Sequence record: KM190144
From: Escherichia phage Av-05
Reading direction: 5' to 3' (one strand)
DNA length: 64,000 nt
Under the pieces are notes generated by a model that did no database searches, had not been told where the DNA came from, and saw nothing but the letters and a program-made list of their open reading frames with translations. Positions within the stretch are counted from its first letter, which is position 1; each line of letters opens with the position of its first letter. The position numbers were made by a program, and so were the translations under genes. Below, piece by piece: positions 45,223 through 54,976 of this stretch.

Positions 45223-45553
45223 TCTGAACAGAGCACCTGCTGGCAGTACAGATGTTATGGTGGATGTTCGTTTGACAGAGATACCTTGTACGGAAGACGG
45301 TACGTATCTTGATTATGATATCTATGCAGAATACCCAAGTGTTGTCGGGTCAGGGCAACCCACAGTGGCTGTATGGCTTATTCTGCCAACAGTTCCCACG
45401 CATACCATTGATCCCAAGACGAAGATAATAACTAAACTTCTTCGCGGAGACGGTGGCTTATCAGGACTTAATGGAGTCATTCCTATTGCAGGTGCAGACG
45501 AACAAGTCCACGAGTTTAAATATTTCTTGCAATATTCTTATCTAAACAACTAA
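45149..45553 (+). CDS. ORF in +1 frame overlapping tail fiber 3' end (C-terminal extension or separate small gene)
   Basis: No RBS before in-frame ATGs; frame change coincides with GGAAAAAC at about 45167. Confidence 0.35.
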   Translation: MAIHLQRKNAAGRSGSSIYLKTTVDLNRAPAGSTDVMVDVRLTEIPCTEDGTYLDYDIYAEYPSVVGSGQPTVAVWLILPTVPTHTIDPKTKIITKLLRGDGGLSGLNGVIPIAGADEQVHEFKYFLQYSYLNN

Positions 45554-45563
45554 GGGGATAATT

Positions 45564-45821
45564 ATGGCAACAACAGGTGTGGCTGGTAAAGTATATGCAT
45601 CAAGCCTTGTTGATATTAAGACAGGTAAATCTGTTAAAGTTGGAGATATAGTTGCTGGAGGATCCGGTGGCTATGTTCTTCCAGAAGCGACAACATCTAC
45701 ATTAGGAGGTGTAAAGAAAGCAGAGTCCCAATCTGATTCTGTAGCCTCTGAGGTAGCTCAATTAGTAACAGATTTTAATGCTCTGCTTTCCAAGTTAAAA
45801 GCCGCTGGCATCATGGCGTAA
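45564..45821 (+). CDS. Short tail-fiber-like protein (85 aa)
   Basis: N-terminus MATTGVAGKVYASSLVDIKTGK parallels MTATTGVGGLIYGRALVDQRTGKK of 41763 gene. Confidence 0.5.
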   Translation: MATTGVAGKVYASSLVDIKTGKSVKVGDIVAGGSGGYVLPEATTSTLGGVKKAESQSDSVASEVAQLVTDFNALLSKLKAAGIMA

Positions 45822-45825
45822 TATA

Positions 45826-45850
45826 AAGACCCTTCGGGGTCTTTTATTTT
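45826..45850. terminator. Bidirectional rho-independent terminator
   Basis: GACCC-TTCG-GGGTC flanked by A-run and T-run. Confidence 0.6.
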
Positions 45851-46248
45851 AGGAAGCTCTGTACTCTTTTGTCCAAATTTGCATTAATATACGGCTCACG
45901 CCCATTTTTGTAGAAAGTACAAATATATTTTCCTGTGTAGGATTGTTTTCCTGAGATAATTGCGACATCATCAAAATATTGATATGCTTCTGCTTGCTCT
46001 GCAATTCTGCCTTCAAAACCTGATGACACAACAATAACGTCCGGTTTAAATGCTTCTCTGAATCTTTTATCGCAAGATAATTGCACAATACGGCTGATCG
46101 CCTCATCTTTTTCTTCTGGCGATAACCAACTTGCCTCGACAGATTTGTAATCGTCAAGATCTGGGTTGTTTTTTATATAGCTGGTAATACCCGCACCAAC
46201 AAGAGCACAAGCACATACTGCAAGCGTAACTTTCAAAATACTTTTCAT
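45844..46248 (-). CDS. Secreted or membrane-anchored moron protein (about 135 aa) on opposite strand within structural module
   Basis: Strong AAGGAGA RBS; N-terminal signal peptide MKSILKVTLAVCACALVGAG. Confidence 0.55.
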   Translation of the reverse strand: MKSILKVTLAVCACALVGAGITSYIKNNPDLDDYKSVEASWLSPEEKDEAISRIVQLSCDKRFREAFKPDVIVVSSGFEGRIAEQAEAYQYFDDVAIISGKQSYTGKYICTFYKNGREPYINANLDKRVQSFLK

Positions 46249-46374
46249 AATATTCTCCTTAGTTGCTAAGGACATTTTACACATAAGGGTTTTTCGTGTC
46301 AAGTGTTTTTAATGACAAAAATTGTATTTTGTGATAATATAGTTACTAACAAGTAACATAAAATGGAGAGTTAG

Positions 46375-46893
46375 ATGACAGACCAAGAAATTGTTGATTA
46401 CATCAGGCTCCTGCTTGGGTCAATATCCCCAGAGGCACTACCTGATGAAGTTATCACGGCATTCCTTGAGATGGAGAAAAAAAGAGCAAACTGGCCTAAT
46501 CCGTCATCCACACCGTGTGACATGTGGAGAGTAGTTTATAACACAATGGTAGCTGTATTAAGATGGTTAATTCTTCAAGAGATAAATTCTGGGGAAGCAT
46601 CTATCACAGAAAGACTGGAAAAGATAGGTGATGAGACGATACAGGTAAAAGGGGGATCTTCCTATCAGAACTGGAAAGATTTTCTGGACTGGTTGTTACA
46701 AAACCCTGATTACGTCAATAGCTGCCTGAATGGTGTCTCTGGTTTGGTTATTGTTGGTGGTGTGCGACAGGATGAGTTTTGGCGTGTTAAGAGTAATCCT
46801 AACTCAAGAAGCCCGTTTGATGTTTCCGGTATAGTTCCTCAAACAGGAGTTCCCGGTATTCCTCGGAGATACCCAAAACACAGGTATTGTTGA
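46375..46893 (+). CDS. Putative neck/head-tail joining protein (172 aa)
   Basis: ORF track; synteny upstream of sheath. Confidence 0.4.
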   Translation: MTDQEIVDYIRLLLGSISPEALPDEVITAFLEMEKKRANWPNPSSTPCDMWRVVYNTMVAVLRWLILQEINSGEASITERLEKIGDETIQVKGGSSYQNWKDFLDWLLQNPDYVNSCLNGVSGLVIVGGVRQDEFWRVKSNPNSRSPFDVSGIVPQTGVPGIPRRYPKHRYC

Positions 46894-46958
46894 CAATCGC
46901 ATTCCTAATTATTGATTTTGCTTGGATAATGTGGTAAAATACCTTAACGGGAGTTCTT

Positions 46959-47435
46959 ATGAGAACAAAATTTAAATCTCATCAAGATTTAAGTGCTGTG
47001 GAGAATTTTTATAATTCTGTACAGCAACTTGATAAAAAACAAGTCTCTTATGGTTATTATGATGATCCACACTATTCAGGACTGAATACTGCAACTCTGG
47101 CAGCTATCCATGAACAAGGCTGGAATAATCTTCCAGCCCGTACATTCATAACTAGCGCGGCTGTATCCTTTCAAAAGGATTTGGAGAAATTACAGAAGGA
47201 GTTATTCGGCACGTTAGCATCTGGAAGTAATAATCCAACCCCGATGCTGAAAAAAATTGGTAAAGCAGGTGCTGAAAAAATTAAGTTTGTGATAGACTCT
47301 GGGCTTTTCCCTCATAATACTGTATCAGATGCATGGGCAGATGTCAAAGGTTTTAGTGCGGCTATGTATCATTATGGGGATTTAAGAGATTCCACGACTT
47401 ATAAAATTTCGAACAGAAGAGGTTCAGGGGCGTAA
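46959..47435 (+). CDS. Putative neck/tail completion protein (158 aa)
   Basis: ORF track; synteny. Confidence 0.4.
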   Translation: MRTKFKSHQDLSAVENFYNSVQQLDKKQVSYGYYDDPHYSGLNTATLAAIHEQGWNNLPARTFITSAAVSFQKDLEKLQKELFGTLASGSNNPTPMLKKIGKAGAEKIKFVIDSGLFPHNTVSDAWADVKGFSAAMYHYGDLRDSTTYKISNRRGSGA

Positions 47436-47438
47436 ATT

Positions 47439-47873
47439 ATGGCGGGATACAAACTTATAGGCAAGAACAAATTGATACCCAGAGTTACCATGAAAGGTAG
47501 ACACAGGCAGTTCAAAAAGACAGACTTAGATAACCCATTTGAAAATGGTGGGTTGGATATTGAGTATGTTGAATTTGATGTACCTGAATGTGTCGTTCAA
47601 CCTATTAGTGGTAAAGCGGCGAGAGATTACACATCTCAATTAGTTCCTGAAGGTGGTAGGCAGTATGATTCCTTTACTGTGTATTCATCTGTGATGTTGA
47701 AAGGTCCAGTTGAAGGATCTGATAACATGGCTGATCAGATCCTATTAATGAACTCTCGTGGTGAGATGGAGTGGTTCACAGTTATTAAATCTGATTTGTA
47801 TCAGACCACAGGTGTCTCTAGGTTCAGAGCTTATGTGGTGGCAATACCAGAAGGAACAAACGGGGGTATTTAA
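47439..47873 (+). CDS. Putative tail completion protein (144 aa)
   Basis: ORF track; synteny. Confidence 0.4.
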   Translation: MAGYKLIGKNKLIPRVTMKGRHRQFKKTDLDNPFENGGLDIEYVEFDVPECVVQPISGKAARDYTSQLVPEGGRQYDSFTVYSSVMLKGPVEGSDNMADQILLMNSRGEMEWFTVIKSDLYQTTGVSRFRAYVVAIPEGTNGGI

Positions 47874-48403
47874 TGGCTGATTTTATCAGTACAGATGAGA
47901 TCTTCGATGCCTTGACGAAAACAATAGGTTCTTTTTGTAAAGAGGTTACTGGTCGAAAAGTCGTGCTGGCAGGGGAAGATGAAATACCTAAAGTTGATGG
48001 TGAGTTTATTTTGGTGGATCTTACTGCGGTAGATCAGCTTGACTGGCAATCTGATGATGGATTTACTGATGATGGTCGAGCGATGACAGTCCATAACTAC
48101 GAGGTGGTATATACATTGACTGCTTATCGCGGTAAAGCACCAAATGCCCTAAGTCGTATTTTACAGGCTATGAACTTACCTTTTATATACGATAAGTATT
48201 TCCCAACTAATTCCCCTTTTGCGTATTCCTCTTCTTCAACAATATCTCGGTTAAGAGTTCCTTTGAATGTTCAAAAATATGAAACTCGTGCTGTCGTGTT
48301 GCTAACATTCAATGTTTGCTTTGCAGAAACAGACACTGGAGTTTTCGAAGATTTGGAAACCCTCAATGCGCAACTTTCATATCATTTTCCGAAAGAGGAT
48401 TAA
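47873..48403 (+). CDS. Putative tail terminator/sheath stabiliser (176 aa)
   Basis: ORF track; immediately upstream of sheath gene. Confidence 0.4.
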   Translation: MADFISTDEIFDALTKTIGSFCKEVTGRKVVLAGEDEIPKVDGEFILVDLTAVDQLDWQSDDGFTDDGRAMTVHNYEVVYTLTAYRGKAPNALSRILQAMNLPFIYDKYFPTNSPFAYSSSSTISRLRVPLNVQKYETRAVVLLTFNVCFAETDTGVFEDLETLNAQLSYHFPKED

Positions 48404-48527
48404 AAGAAATATTTTGGTTATTGATAAGCACTGGCTTATTAGTGATCGTAAAGGGCTTTTTGCCCAAAGTACAGCACAAATAAGTGCTGGTCAATAACTG
48501 TACGTACAGAAATAAAAGAGGAAATCG

Positions 48528-49940
48528 ATGGCTTATAATGACAAGGTGGTTGATGTAACAGTCACACTTGGTACTCAACCAATCGACACAAAAGGGTTTG
48601 AAACCCCACTGTTCCTTGCGATCCATAATGTCTTCCCAGAAAGAGTTCGTGCTTATACCGAACTTAGTCAGTTAGTTGATGATGGATTTGCTGTTGGAAC
48701 ACCTGCATACAATTATGCATCTAAGGCATTTTCTGGAACATTCCGTCCACAATATCTGATGATTGGTCGTCAAGGCTTCACCAACACCGTTGTGGATTTT
48801 ACAGGACAAACTAACACAGATCCAGAGACACCTGTTGCATTGAATTTTGTTTCCGGTGCTTACCAGAAAAGCATTATTGTTAACGTTTCAGCTTCCTCTG
48901 AAGCAAATGCGATAGCTACATCTCTGGCAGCTGCGATTAATGCAGACACAACCCTGCAAACAGTACTTACTGCGACAGCAAGTGAAGCCAAAGTAACAAT
49001 TGCTCCAAAAGATGATGGTAAGTTTAGTGTTGGTAAGGACAGTGGCAACATGGTCATCACCAATACCTCTGATGAAACAGTTTCTTCTGTTCTCCCACAG
49101 GTTATGACTGCCAATGAAAACTGGTATTTCGTCAGTACTGAATCCCACACTAAGACATCTATTTTGAGTGCTGCTGCCTTTGCTGCTGCAAATTACAAGA
49201 TGCATGTTTACTCAACTGCTGACGAAAAATCTAAAACTGCCGATACCGATTCTATTGCAGATCAACTCAAAGCATTGCAATACGACACATCTATCGGTAT
49301 GTATGATCCTTTGGCAGACAGTGAGTATCCCGAGGGTGGGATTATCGGAGCGATGGCTTCGAATGACCCTTCCTATGGGGATTCTATCCACCTGAAAACT
49401 ATGGATGGGGTCATTGCTCCAACCTTAAGCGCAACGGAACGTATGACTATCTGGGGTAAGAATCTGAACTTCTACCGCATGATTAATGGTGTGGGATCCT
49501 TCTATGAAGGCAAATGTGCTTCCGGCAATTATGTAGATGTTGTGAGATTTGGTCACTGGCTTAAGTTCCGCACCGAAGAAAGTGTTTTCGGATATATGTC
49601 CCGCAGATCCAACATGGGGCTGTCTGTTAAAATGAGTGATGATGACCTCCCTAACCTGAAGTCTGTCATCATGAATAACCCTATCAACGTAGGTATTTCT
49701 AACGGAGCTATTTTAACAGGTTATGATGAGGTTAACAAGGTCTTCTTCGATCCTGTAATCACAATCCCTCTGCGTGGAAGCATACCCACTAACGATCTGG
49801 CAGCACGTACACTTAACAACGTGAAAGTGGAACTAGTGTACAACACACCACTACATTTTGTCAAGATCCGTATGACTGTCATGCTGGACAAAACAGGTTC
49901 AAATTCTGGCAACGCACAGACAGTAACAGCAGGAGTGTAA
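48528..49940 (+). CDS. Tail sheath protein (470 aa)
   Basis: Size and position immediately before a 157-aa tube gene, chaperone and tape measure; strong RBS AAGAGGAAA. Confidence 0.6.
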   Translation: MAYNDKVVDVTVTLGTQPIDTKGFETPLFLAIHNVFPERVRAYTELSQLVDDGFAVGTPAYNYASKAFSGTFRPQYLMIGRQGFTNTVVDFTGQTNTDPETPVALNFVSGAYQKSIIVNVSASSEANAIATSLAAAINADTTLQTVLTATASEAKVTIAPKDDGKFSVGKDSGNMVITNTSDETVSSVLPQVMTANENWYFVSTESHTKTSILSAAAFAAANYKMHVYSTADEKSKTADTDSIADQLKALQYDTSIGMYDPLADSEYPEGGIIGAMASNDPSYGDSIHLKTMDGVIAPTLSATERMTIWGKNLNFYRMINGVGSFYEGKCASGNYVDVVRFGHWLKFRTEESVFGYMSRRSNMGLSVKMSDDDLPNLKSVIMNNPINVGISNGAILTGYDEVNKVFFDPVITIPLRGSIPTNDLAARTLNNVKVELVYNTPLHFVKIRMTVMLDKTGSNSGNAQTVTAGV

Positions 49941-49943
49941 TAA

Positions 49944-50417
49944 ATGAATACAGCTATTCTAACGCCGTATGCATATGACCCTAAAAAAGTAAAACTGTAT
50001 CTGATGACTCAAAGAGTAACAGGATTCGCAGCGGACACGAAAATTGTGGTGTCCCGTAATGAAGACAATATCATTCCCCACATGGGGGTTGATGGTGAGC
50101 TATCTGCTGCACTGTCCCGTAACCAATCTGGTGTTATGACGGTTTCTCTTCAGAATACAGCATCATGGAATGGTAATTTAGCAAACTGGCAAAAACAAGC
50201 ATCCGTAACTGGTCTTATTTTCTTCCCTGTTCTTCTGGAAGGTTCTCAAGGTATGGGTTTGAGTACAATTGGATGGATTCAGAAGCAGCCTGACCTTACT
50301 TACGGAACGGAAGTTGGTCAAATGGACTGGGAAATTGGTATTCTGGATGCTTGGTTGAGTCCTGATACTCTGTCCTCTGTTGGCTTCGGCCTCGCTGGAC
50401 TTTCCGGTATCGTTTAA
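49944..50417 (+). CDS. Tail tube protein (157 aa)
   Basis: Synteny (sheath-tube-chaperone-TMP); AGGAG RBS. Confidence 0.6.
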   Translation: MNTAILTPYAYDPKKVKLYLMTQRVTGFAADTKIVVSRNEDNIIPHMGVDGELSAALSRNQSGVMTVSLQNTASWNGNLANWQKQASVTGLIFFPVLLEGSQGMGLSTIGWIQKQPDLTYGTEVGQMDWEIGILDAWLSPDTLSSVGFGLAGLSGIV

Positions 50418-50428
50418 TAATTTCGTGT

Positions 50429-50452
50429 GCCACATGGATGTGGCCTTTATAC
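50429..50452 (+). terminator. Hairpin/attenuator after tube gene
   Basis: GCCACA-TGGA-TGTGGC followed by CTTTAT. Confidence 0.4.
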
Positions 50453-50492
50453 ACGTAAGGATAATTCAACTTTTAAAGACGCAGGAGCGTGC

Positions 50493-50960
50493 ATGAAAAT
50501 TAGACAAACAACTGAAATTGACCTCGCAGGTCACAACTTTGTTATCACACATTGGTCTCCAACAAAAGCATTTAAAAATATTCCTAAGATAGGACGTTAT
50601 ATTGCTGTTCCAATGGCATCCATCTCTGGGGCACTTATGTCTGGTGGGCAGAATCTTTCTGATGCTATCCCAACAGCAGTATTATACCTGTTTGACCAGA
50701 TGGAGCAAGATAATATTGAAGAACTTTTTGCCTTAATTCTGGACGATGTATCTGTTGATGGTATGGCAGGTAAGGTAGACATTGATGATATTTTCCAAGG
50801 GAAGATGATGGACCTTATCAAACTCGTGGCAAAAGTGCTGGAGGTTAATTACGGCTGTTTTTTCACGAAAGACGGTTTCGCAAGCCTTCAGGATCTTCTG
50901 GGACGCCTGGGTCAGACCCATCAACTGAACACGATGGATCAGGCAGAGGAAGCGGAGTAA
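50493..50960 (+). CDS. Tail assembly chaperone (G-like; about 156 aa)
   Basis: Track ORF trimmed to ATG after AGGAG; position between tube and tape measure. Confidence 0.55.
   Translation: MKIRQTTEIDLAGHNFVITHWSPTKAFKNIPKIGRYIAVPMASISGALMSGGQNLSDAIPTAVLYLFDQMEQDNIEELFALILDDVSVDGMAGKVDIDDIFQGKMMDLIKLVAKVLEVNYGCFFTKDGFASLQDLLGRLGQTHQLNTMDQAEEAE
50858..50864 (+). promoter_or_regulatory. Candidate -1 programmed ribosomal frameshift slippery site TTTTTTC
   Basis: Heptamer T_TTT_TTC in the zero frame of the chaperone; the -1 frame opens at 50849 and runs to 51238. Confidence 0.55.
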
Positions 50961-50995
50961 CACCGTCCAATATTTCGAAAGTTGTCCTGAGAGCT

Positions 50996-51238
50996 ATGAA
51001 TTATGCAAGAAAAAATAGCTCATTGACTTGGTTCGATTATTTGTGGTGTCGTGCTCTGAAGAGTTTTAAAGGTGAGTCTTATTCCTCACTTGAGTCTGCT
51101 GACATGGCCTACCTGCTTAAACTGAACGAATATCTTGATATTGAAGAGTTTATCCAAGACGTACAGGAGAGAGAGGAACAAAGTGCAGCCAATGCTGCCG
51201 CCGCTGCAAATAGGTCGCGCCGAGGTAGAAGAGGTTAA
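50996..51238 (+). CDS. C-terminal extension of chaperone in -1 frame (GT-like frameshift product tail)
   Basis: -1 frame ORF open from 50849 to 51238; weak own RBS. Confidence 0.5.
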   Translation: MNYARKNSSLTWFDYLWCRALKSFKGESYSSLESADMAYLLKLNEYLDIEEFIQDVQEREEQSAANAAAAANRSRRGRRG

Positions 51239-51244
51239 TCTCAA

Positions 51245-51278
51245 GCCAGGTTCCTTCTCGGAACCTGGCTTTTTTATT
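51245..51278 (+). terminator. Rho-independent terminator/attenuator before tape measure gene
   Basis: GCCAGGTTCC-TTCTC-GGAACCTGGC followed by TTTTTTATT. Confidence 0.6.
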
Positions 51279-51289
51279 GAGGAAAATCT

Positions 51290-53671
51290 ATGGCGAATAT
51301 CATAGTAACTAAAACCGTAAATACTGTCGAGTGGTCTGTAGATCGCACCAGTTACGGTCGTGCAATGAAAGCTATAAAATCCCTGAAGAAGGAATGGGAA
51401 AAGACTAACAGAGCTTTCACTTCTAATAAAAGTAATCCGGCAGCAATTTATAAACGTTCTGCACAAGAGGCTCGTCTTGTAGCTAAAAGATTACACCAAA
51501 CTGAACGTGCAGAGCAAGCAAAATCTACGGCACATGCTATTGCAATGGCAAAAAAGGAAGCTCGTGCTCGTGAACAAATAGCTAAAGTTGAGAGCGCGAG
51601 AAGAAAGCAAGCAGTAGCCAGACTAACAAACAGAAGAACACCCGAAGAACAAAAAGAATATAATGCATTAAAATCAAAGTTGAAGCAGATGGAAAAAACA
51701 GGTTCTGGGTATGGGACAAATCCAGAAATATCTGCTGCCCGTCAAGCAAGATTGCAGCAAGAACTTGCAGCAAGGAAGTCTTCAGGATCTGCCTCTGGTA
51801 TTGTTGGGGATCCTAATAGTCGCCACGACCCAAGTCTTGTGGCTGCTCAGAACTCTGCTATGGAACGCTATCATAAATCTATCCCGAAAGAAAAAACAGC
51901 GGATGAGATTAAGGCAGAAAAAGATGCTAATAAGAAGAAAGAAAGAGAAGCGTTAAGAGCAGAAAGAATAAAGGCTGCAAAACAATCAACGATTGCTAAT
52001 GCTGCTGTAAGACTTCGTGCTAAGTATGGTGATGATTTCAGATCTAAAATTAAAGGTTATGATGATCTGGAAAAGAGATTTATGCAAAGCCAGACTATGA
52101 GAGCTTCTAATTTCCGTGCTGAATTGGCAGCAATGGAAACAGGACTCCGCAAAGCTAAGGCAAATACACTATCTCTTGATCAAGGATTGAAGAACCTTCG
52201 TAGCACATTAATTAGTGTTTCTGCTGCATACGGGGCTTTTAATGCTGCCGCAAGTGTTGTGAAAACAGGGCAATTCTTTCAAGGCATGGAAGCTACCATG
52301 TTAATGGTTTCTGATGACTCAGAAGAAGCTGCGAAAAGAATGCAGTTTGTTCGGGAGCAATCTTACAGATTGGGTTTGGATTTAAAAACCGCCGCTCAAG
52401 GTTATACCCAAATGGCTATCTCTGCTAACGGTGTTTTGAGCAAGGCGCAAAATGACGAACTGTTCAAAGGCCTCTCAGAATATGCTACTGCACTTCAGGT
52501 TGATCCTGTAAAATACCAGCGTGGTATCACTGCTATCCAACAAATGATGGGTAAAGGTCAGATCATGGCTGAGGAGTTAAAATCACAACTTTCCGAAGGT
52601 ATTCCAGGTTCTCTTAATGTATTCCTTAAAGCCACACAAGAAGCATTCAATGATTCATCTATAGACATTGCAAAATTAATGGATATGATGAAGAATGGAG
52701 AGCTAAAGGCTTCAAAAATTCTTCCTTTGGTTGCTAAGTATTATGCCGAGGCCGCAAGAAAAGGTGGTGCACTTACCAAGGCACAACAAAGCAACCGTGT
52801 TGCTATGCAGCGTTTACAACAAACGTGGATGAACTTTCAGAATCAAATATTTGAAAGTGGTTTTGGTGAAGCCTTGACAGACACGTTTAACAATCTGGCA
52901 AAAGCCTTGGATAGTAATGGGGAATTGGCACGTAACATAGGACAGATAACAAAAGGTTTTGTTGAAGGCTTTATGTGGGTATTCTACCAAATATATAATA
53001 TCTTTATAGATATTGACGGGATTTTGCAGAGATATATCCCAATTTTCAGAAGAAATGGTGATGAATTAGGGAAGGCTTGGGAATGGACAGGAATGGCTAT
53101 AGGAGCTTTGTTCTTCGCCACTTCGCTAGGTAGAGTTTTCACTATCTTATCTAAAATCGCAGGACTTTCGAAGTCTCTCAAATTTTTGAAAACACTTGGT
53201 GGTGGGGTAGCTACGCCAACCGCTCCAAGCAAAGGCCCGTGGGGGGGAGGTGGATCTGGAAAAGGATCATTTCCGTTTTTCTTAAATCCCTATGCTGCTG
53301 CAACAGTTTGGGGTTTGGATTATGCGGTCTCCACTGATAGTGAGAAAGATGATAAAAAGCGGCAGCTTGGTAATGCCTATTCCTATGGTAGTGGTGACTT
53401 CATGGCTGTGGTTGGAGGGATGTTAACAAACTGGTGGTCATCCCTGTGGGCTGGGCATATGCAGGATAAAGCTAACTATCTCCAATCCCATAATCTAATG
53501 CCTGGTGGTTCGACGGGTCAAACTGTAGCCCCTATGGTCATTCCTACCGAGCCTGTCAGTGGTGAAATAACCATTAAAATAGATGCTGGTGAATTACGCA
53601 ATATGATTGATCAGCAAATAGAGACAGCCAATATGGATAACATTAATCTTATTCTCGCTGTCCCTCAATAA
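51290..53671 (+). CDS. Tail tape measure protein (793 aa)
   Basis: Long helical Ala/Lys/Glu-rich protein with C-terminal hydrophobic/Gly-rich segment, after chaperone pair. Confidence 0.7.
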   Translation: MANIIVTKTVNTVEWSVDRTSYGRAMKAIKSLKKEWEKTNRAFTSNKSNPAAIYKRSAQEARLVAKRLHQTERAEQAKSTAHAIAMAKKEARAREQIAKVESARRKQAVARLTNRRTPEEQKEYNALKSKLKQMEKTGSGYGTNPEISAARQARLQQELAARKSSGSASGIVGDPNSRHDPSLVAAQNSAMERYHKSIPKEKTADEIKAEKDANKKKEREALRAERIKAAKQSTIANAAVRLRAKYGDDFRSKIKGYDDLEKRFMQSQTMRASNFRAELAAMETGLRKAKANTLSLDQGLKNLRSTLISVSAAYGAFNAAASVVKTGQFFQGMEATMLMVSDDSEEAAKRMQFVREQSYRLGLDLKTAAQGYTQMAISANGVLSKAQNDELFKGLSEYATALQVDPVKYQRGITAIQQMMGKGQIMAEELKSQLSEGIPGSLNVFLKATQEAFNDSSIDIAKLMDMMKNGELKASKILPLVAKYYAEAARKGGALTKAQQSNRVAMQRLQQTWMNFQNQIFESGFGEALTDTFNNLAKALDSNGELARNIGQITKGFVEGFMWVFYQIYNIFIDIDGILQRYIPIFRRNGDELGKAWEWTGMAIGALFFATSLGRVFTILSKIAGLSKSLKFLKTLGGGVATPTAPSKGPWGGGGSGKGSFPFFLNPYAAATVWGLDYAVSTDSEKDDKKRQLGNAYSYGSGDFMAVVGGMLTNWWSSLWAGHMQDKANYLQSHNLMPGGSTGQTVAPMVIPTEPVSGEITIKIDAGELRNMIDQQIETANMDNINLILAVPQ

Positions 53672-53675
53672 TTTG

Positions 53676-53700
53676 AAGGGGCTTTTGCCCCTTTTATTGT
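53676..53700 (+). terminator. Rho-independent terminator
   Basis: AAGGGGC-TTTT-GCCCCTT followed by TTATTGTTTT. Confidence 0.6.
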
Positions 53701-53751
53701 TTTAATAAAAGATTTATGATAAAATCATACAAGAACAAGTGAGGGTTTTTC

Positions 53752-54624
53752 ATGGCTTCAGTTTCTAATAACCAGTCAAAACCACAGCAAGGGAAGGCCA
53801 CGGCAAATGTTGAAAGAAAAGTAAACAATGCGCAGGATACAAGTGCTGGCGTTAAGTATACACTTTTTGCTAGTGGTCTTAATTATGGTGGTCGTAATAT
53901 TGAGTTAAAAGACAAAAATTATACAGATGATCTGGCAATAATTTTCGATGTTGTCGAGGAACACACCTATACAAGAGAAGTGGATAAAACATCTTACGCA
54001 GTTGAAGATAGGGTTAAATTCAGCGACCACGGTGTAATAAAAGATGGGAAATTCTCTTTTAGCGCAAGGGTTAGCTCATCACCACTCTCAATTATTCAGT
54101 TTAACTACATAGATAAAGATACTGATAATAAAAACCCTGCTGCATCAAAAAGACCAGAAAAAGCCCTAGAGATTCTTGAACGTCTTATAGACCAACGACA
54201 AATTGTAACTCTTGTGACAGAGGATAGAATCTTAGATAATTACATCCTCACTTCAATGGAAGCATCACGTAGTAATTCTGATGGTGCGGCATTAGTTTTT
54301 CAATTAGAGTTTACAGAGTTCCGTACATTTACATTGGGAAAGACCATCTTAGCCACCATCTATACAGACGCTAAAAAAACAGGAAAGACAAAGCAAAAAG
54401 GGGCTGTTCAATCTTCGGCTAACCAAGAAGAGTTAGATGTTACAGCTATGAGAACACGGTATATAGGGCCGGATGCTGAGAACAGGCAGAAAATGGCAGA
54501 CGCGAGAGGGTATGGCAATTTTACGAAACATGACACCAAAGTTGGCACATTATCTCCAGATGGGAAATTAAGAGATTTAGAAGGTAATATCACAGATTAT
54601 GATAGCCTAGTGGGGAAAAATTAA
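53752..54624 (+). CDS. Tail/baseplate-associated protein (290 aa)
   Basis: ORF track; synteny after TMP. Confidence 0.4.
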   Translation: MASVSNNQSKPQQGKATANVERKVNNAQDTSAGVKYTLFASGLNYGGRNIELKDKNYTDDLAIIFDVVEEHTYTREVDKTSYAVEDRVKFSDHGVIKDGKFSFSARVSSSPLSIIQFNYIDKDTDNKNPAASKRPEKALEILERLIDQRQIVTLVTEDRILDNYILTSMEASRSNSDGAALVFQLEFTEFRTFTLGKTILATIYTDAKKTGKTKQKGAVQSSANQEELDVTAMRTRYIGPDAENRQKMADARGYGNFTKHDTKVGTLSPDGKLRDLEGNITDYDSLVGKN

Positions 54625-54971
54625 TGAAAGTTACATTTTCGTGGGATATTGATGGATTTGCCGACCAAACAATGAGAGTCGTTTTGGACAGCAGGACTTA
54701 TGAAATGAGATTCCAATGGAATGAGAGAGATGAATCTTGGTTGGTATATTTTGGGGATGTTGGTTCAGAACCTACGGTGTCCTTCAAATTAACAACAATA
54801 TTCGATATACTGGAACCTTTTAAGTATATGGAAAACATTCCTAATGGTGTTTTGAGTGTTTGGTCATTCAGTTCATCTACAAAACGTGTTGGAAGGTACA
54901 ATATCGGATTTCTTGCAGATCTCCAACTTCTTTATTCATCTCCTGATGAGGAGTTAACAGGTGAGGAGTAA
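54624..54971 (+). CDS. Small baseplate-associated protein (115 aa)
   Basis: ORF track; TAATG overlap. Confidence 0.4.
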   Translation: MKVTFSWDIDGFADQTMRVVLDSRTYEMRFQWNERDESWLVYFGDVGSEPTVSFKLTTIFDILEPFKYMENIPNGVLSVWSFSSSTKRVGRYNIGFLADLQLLYSSPDEELTGEE

Positions 54972-54976
54972 TAATT

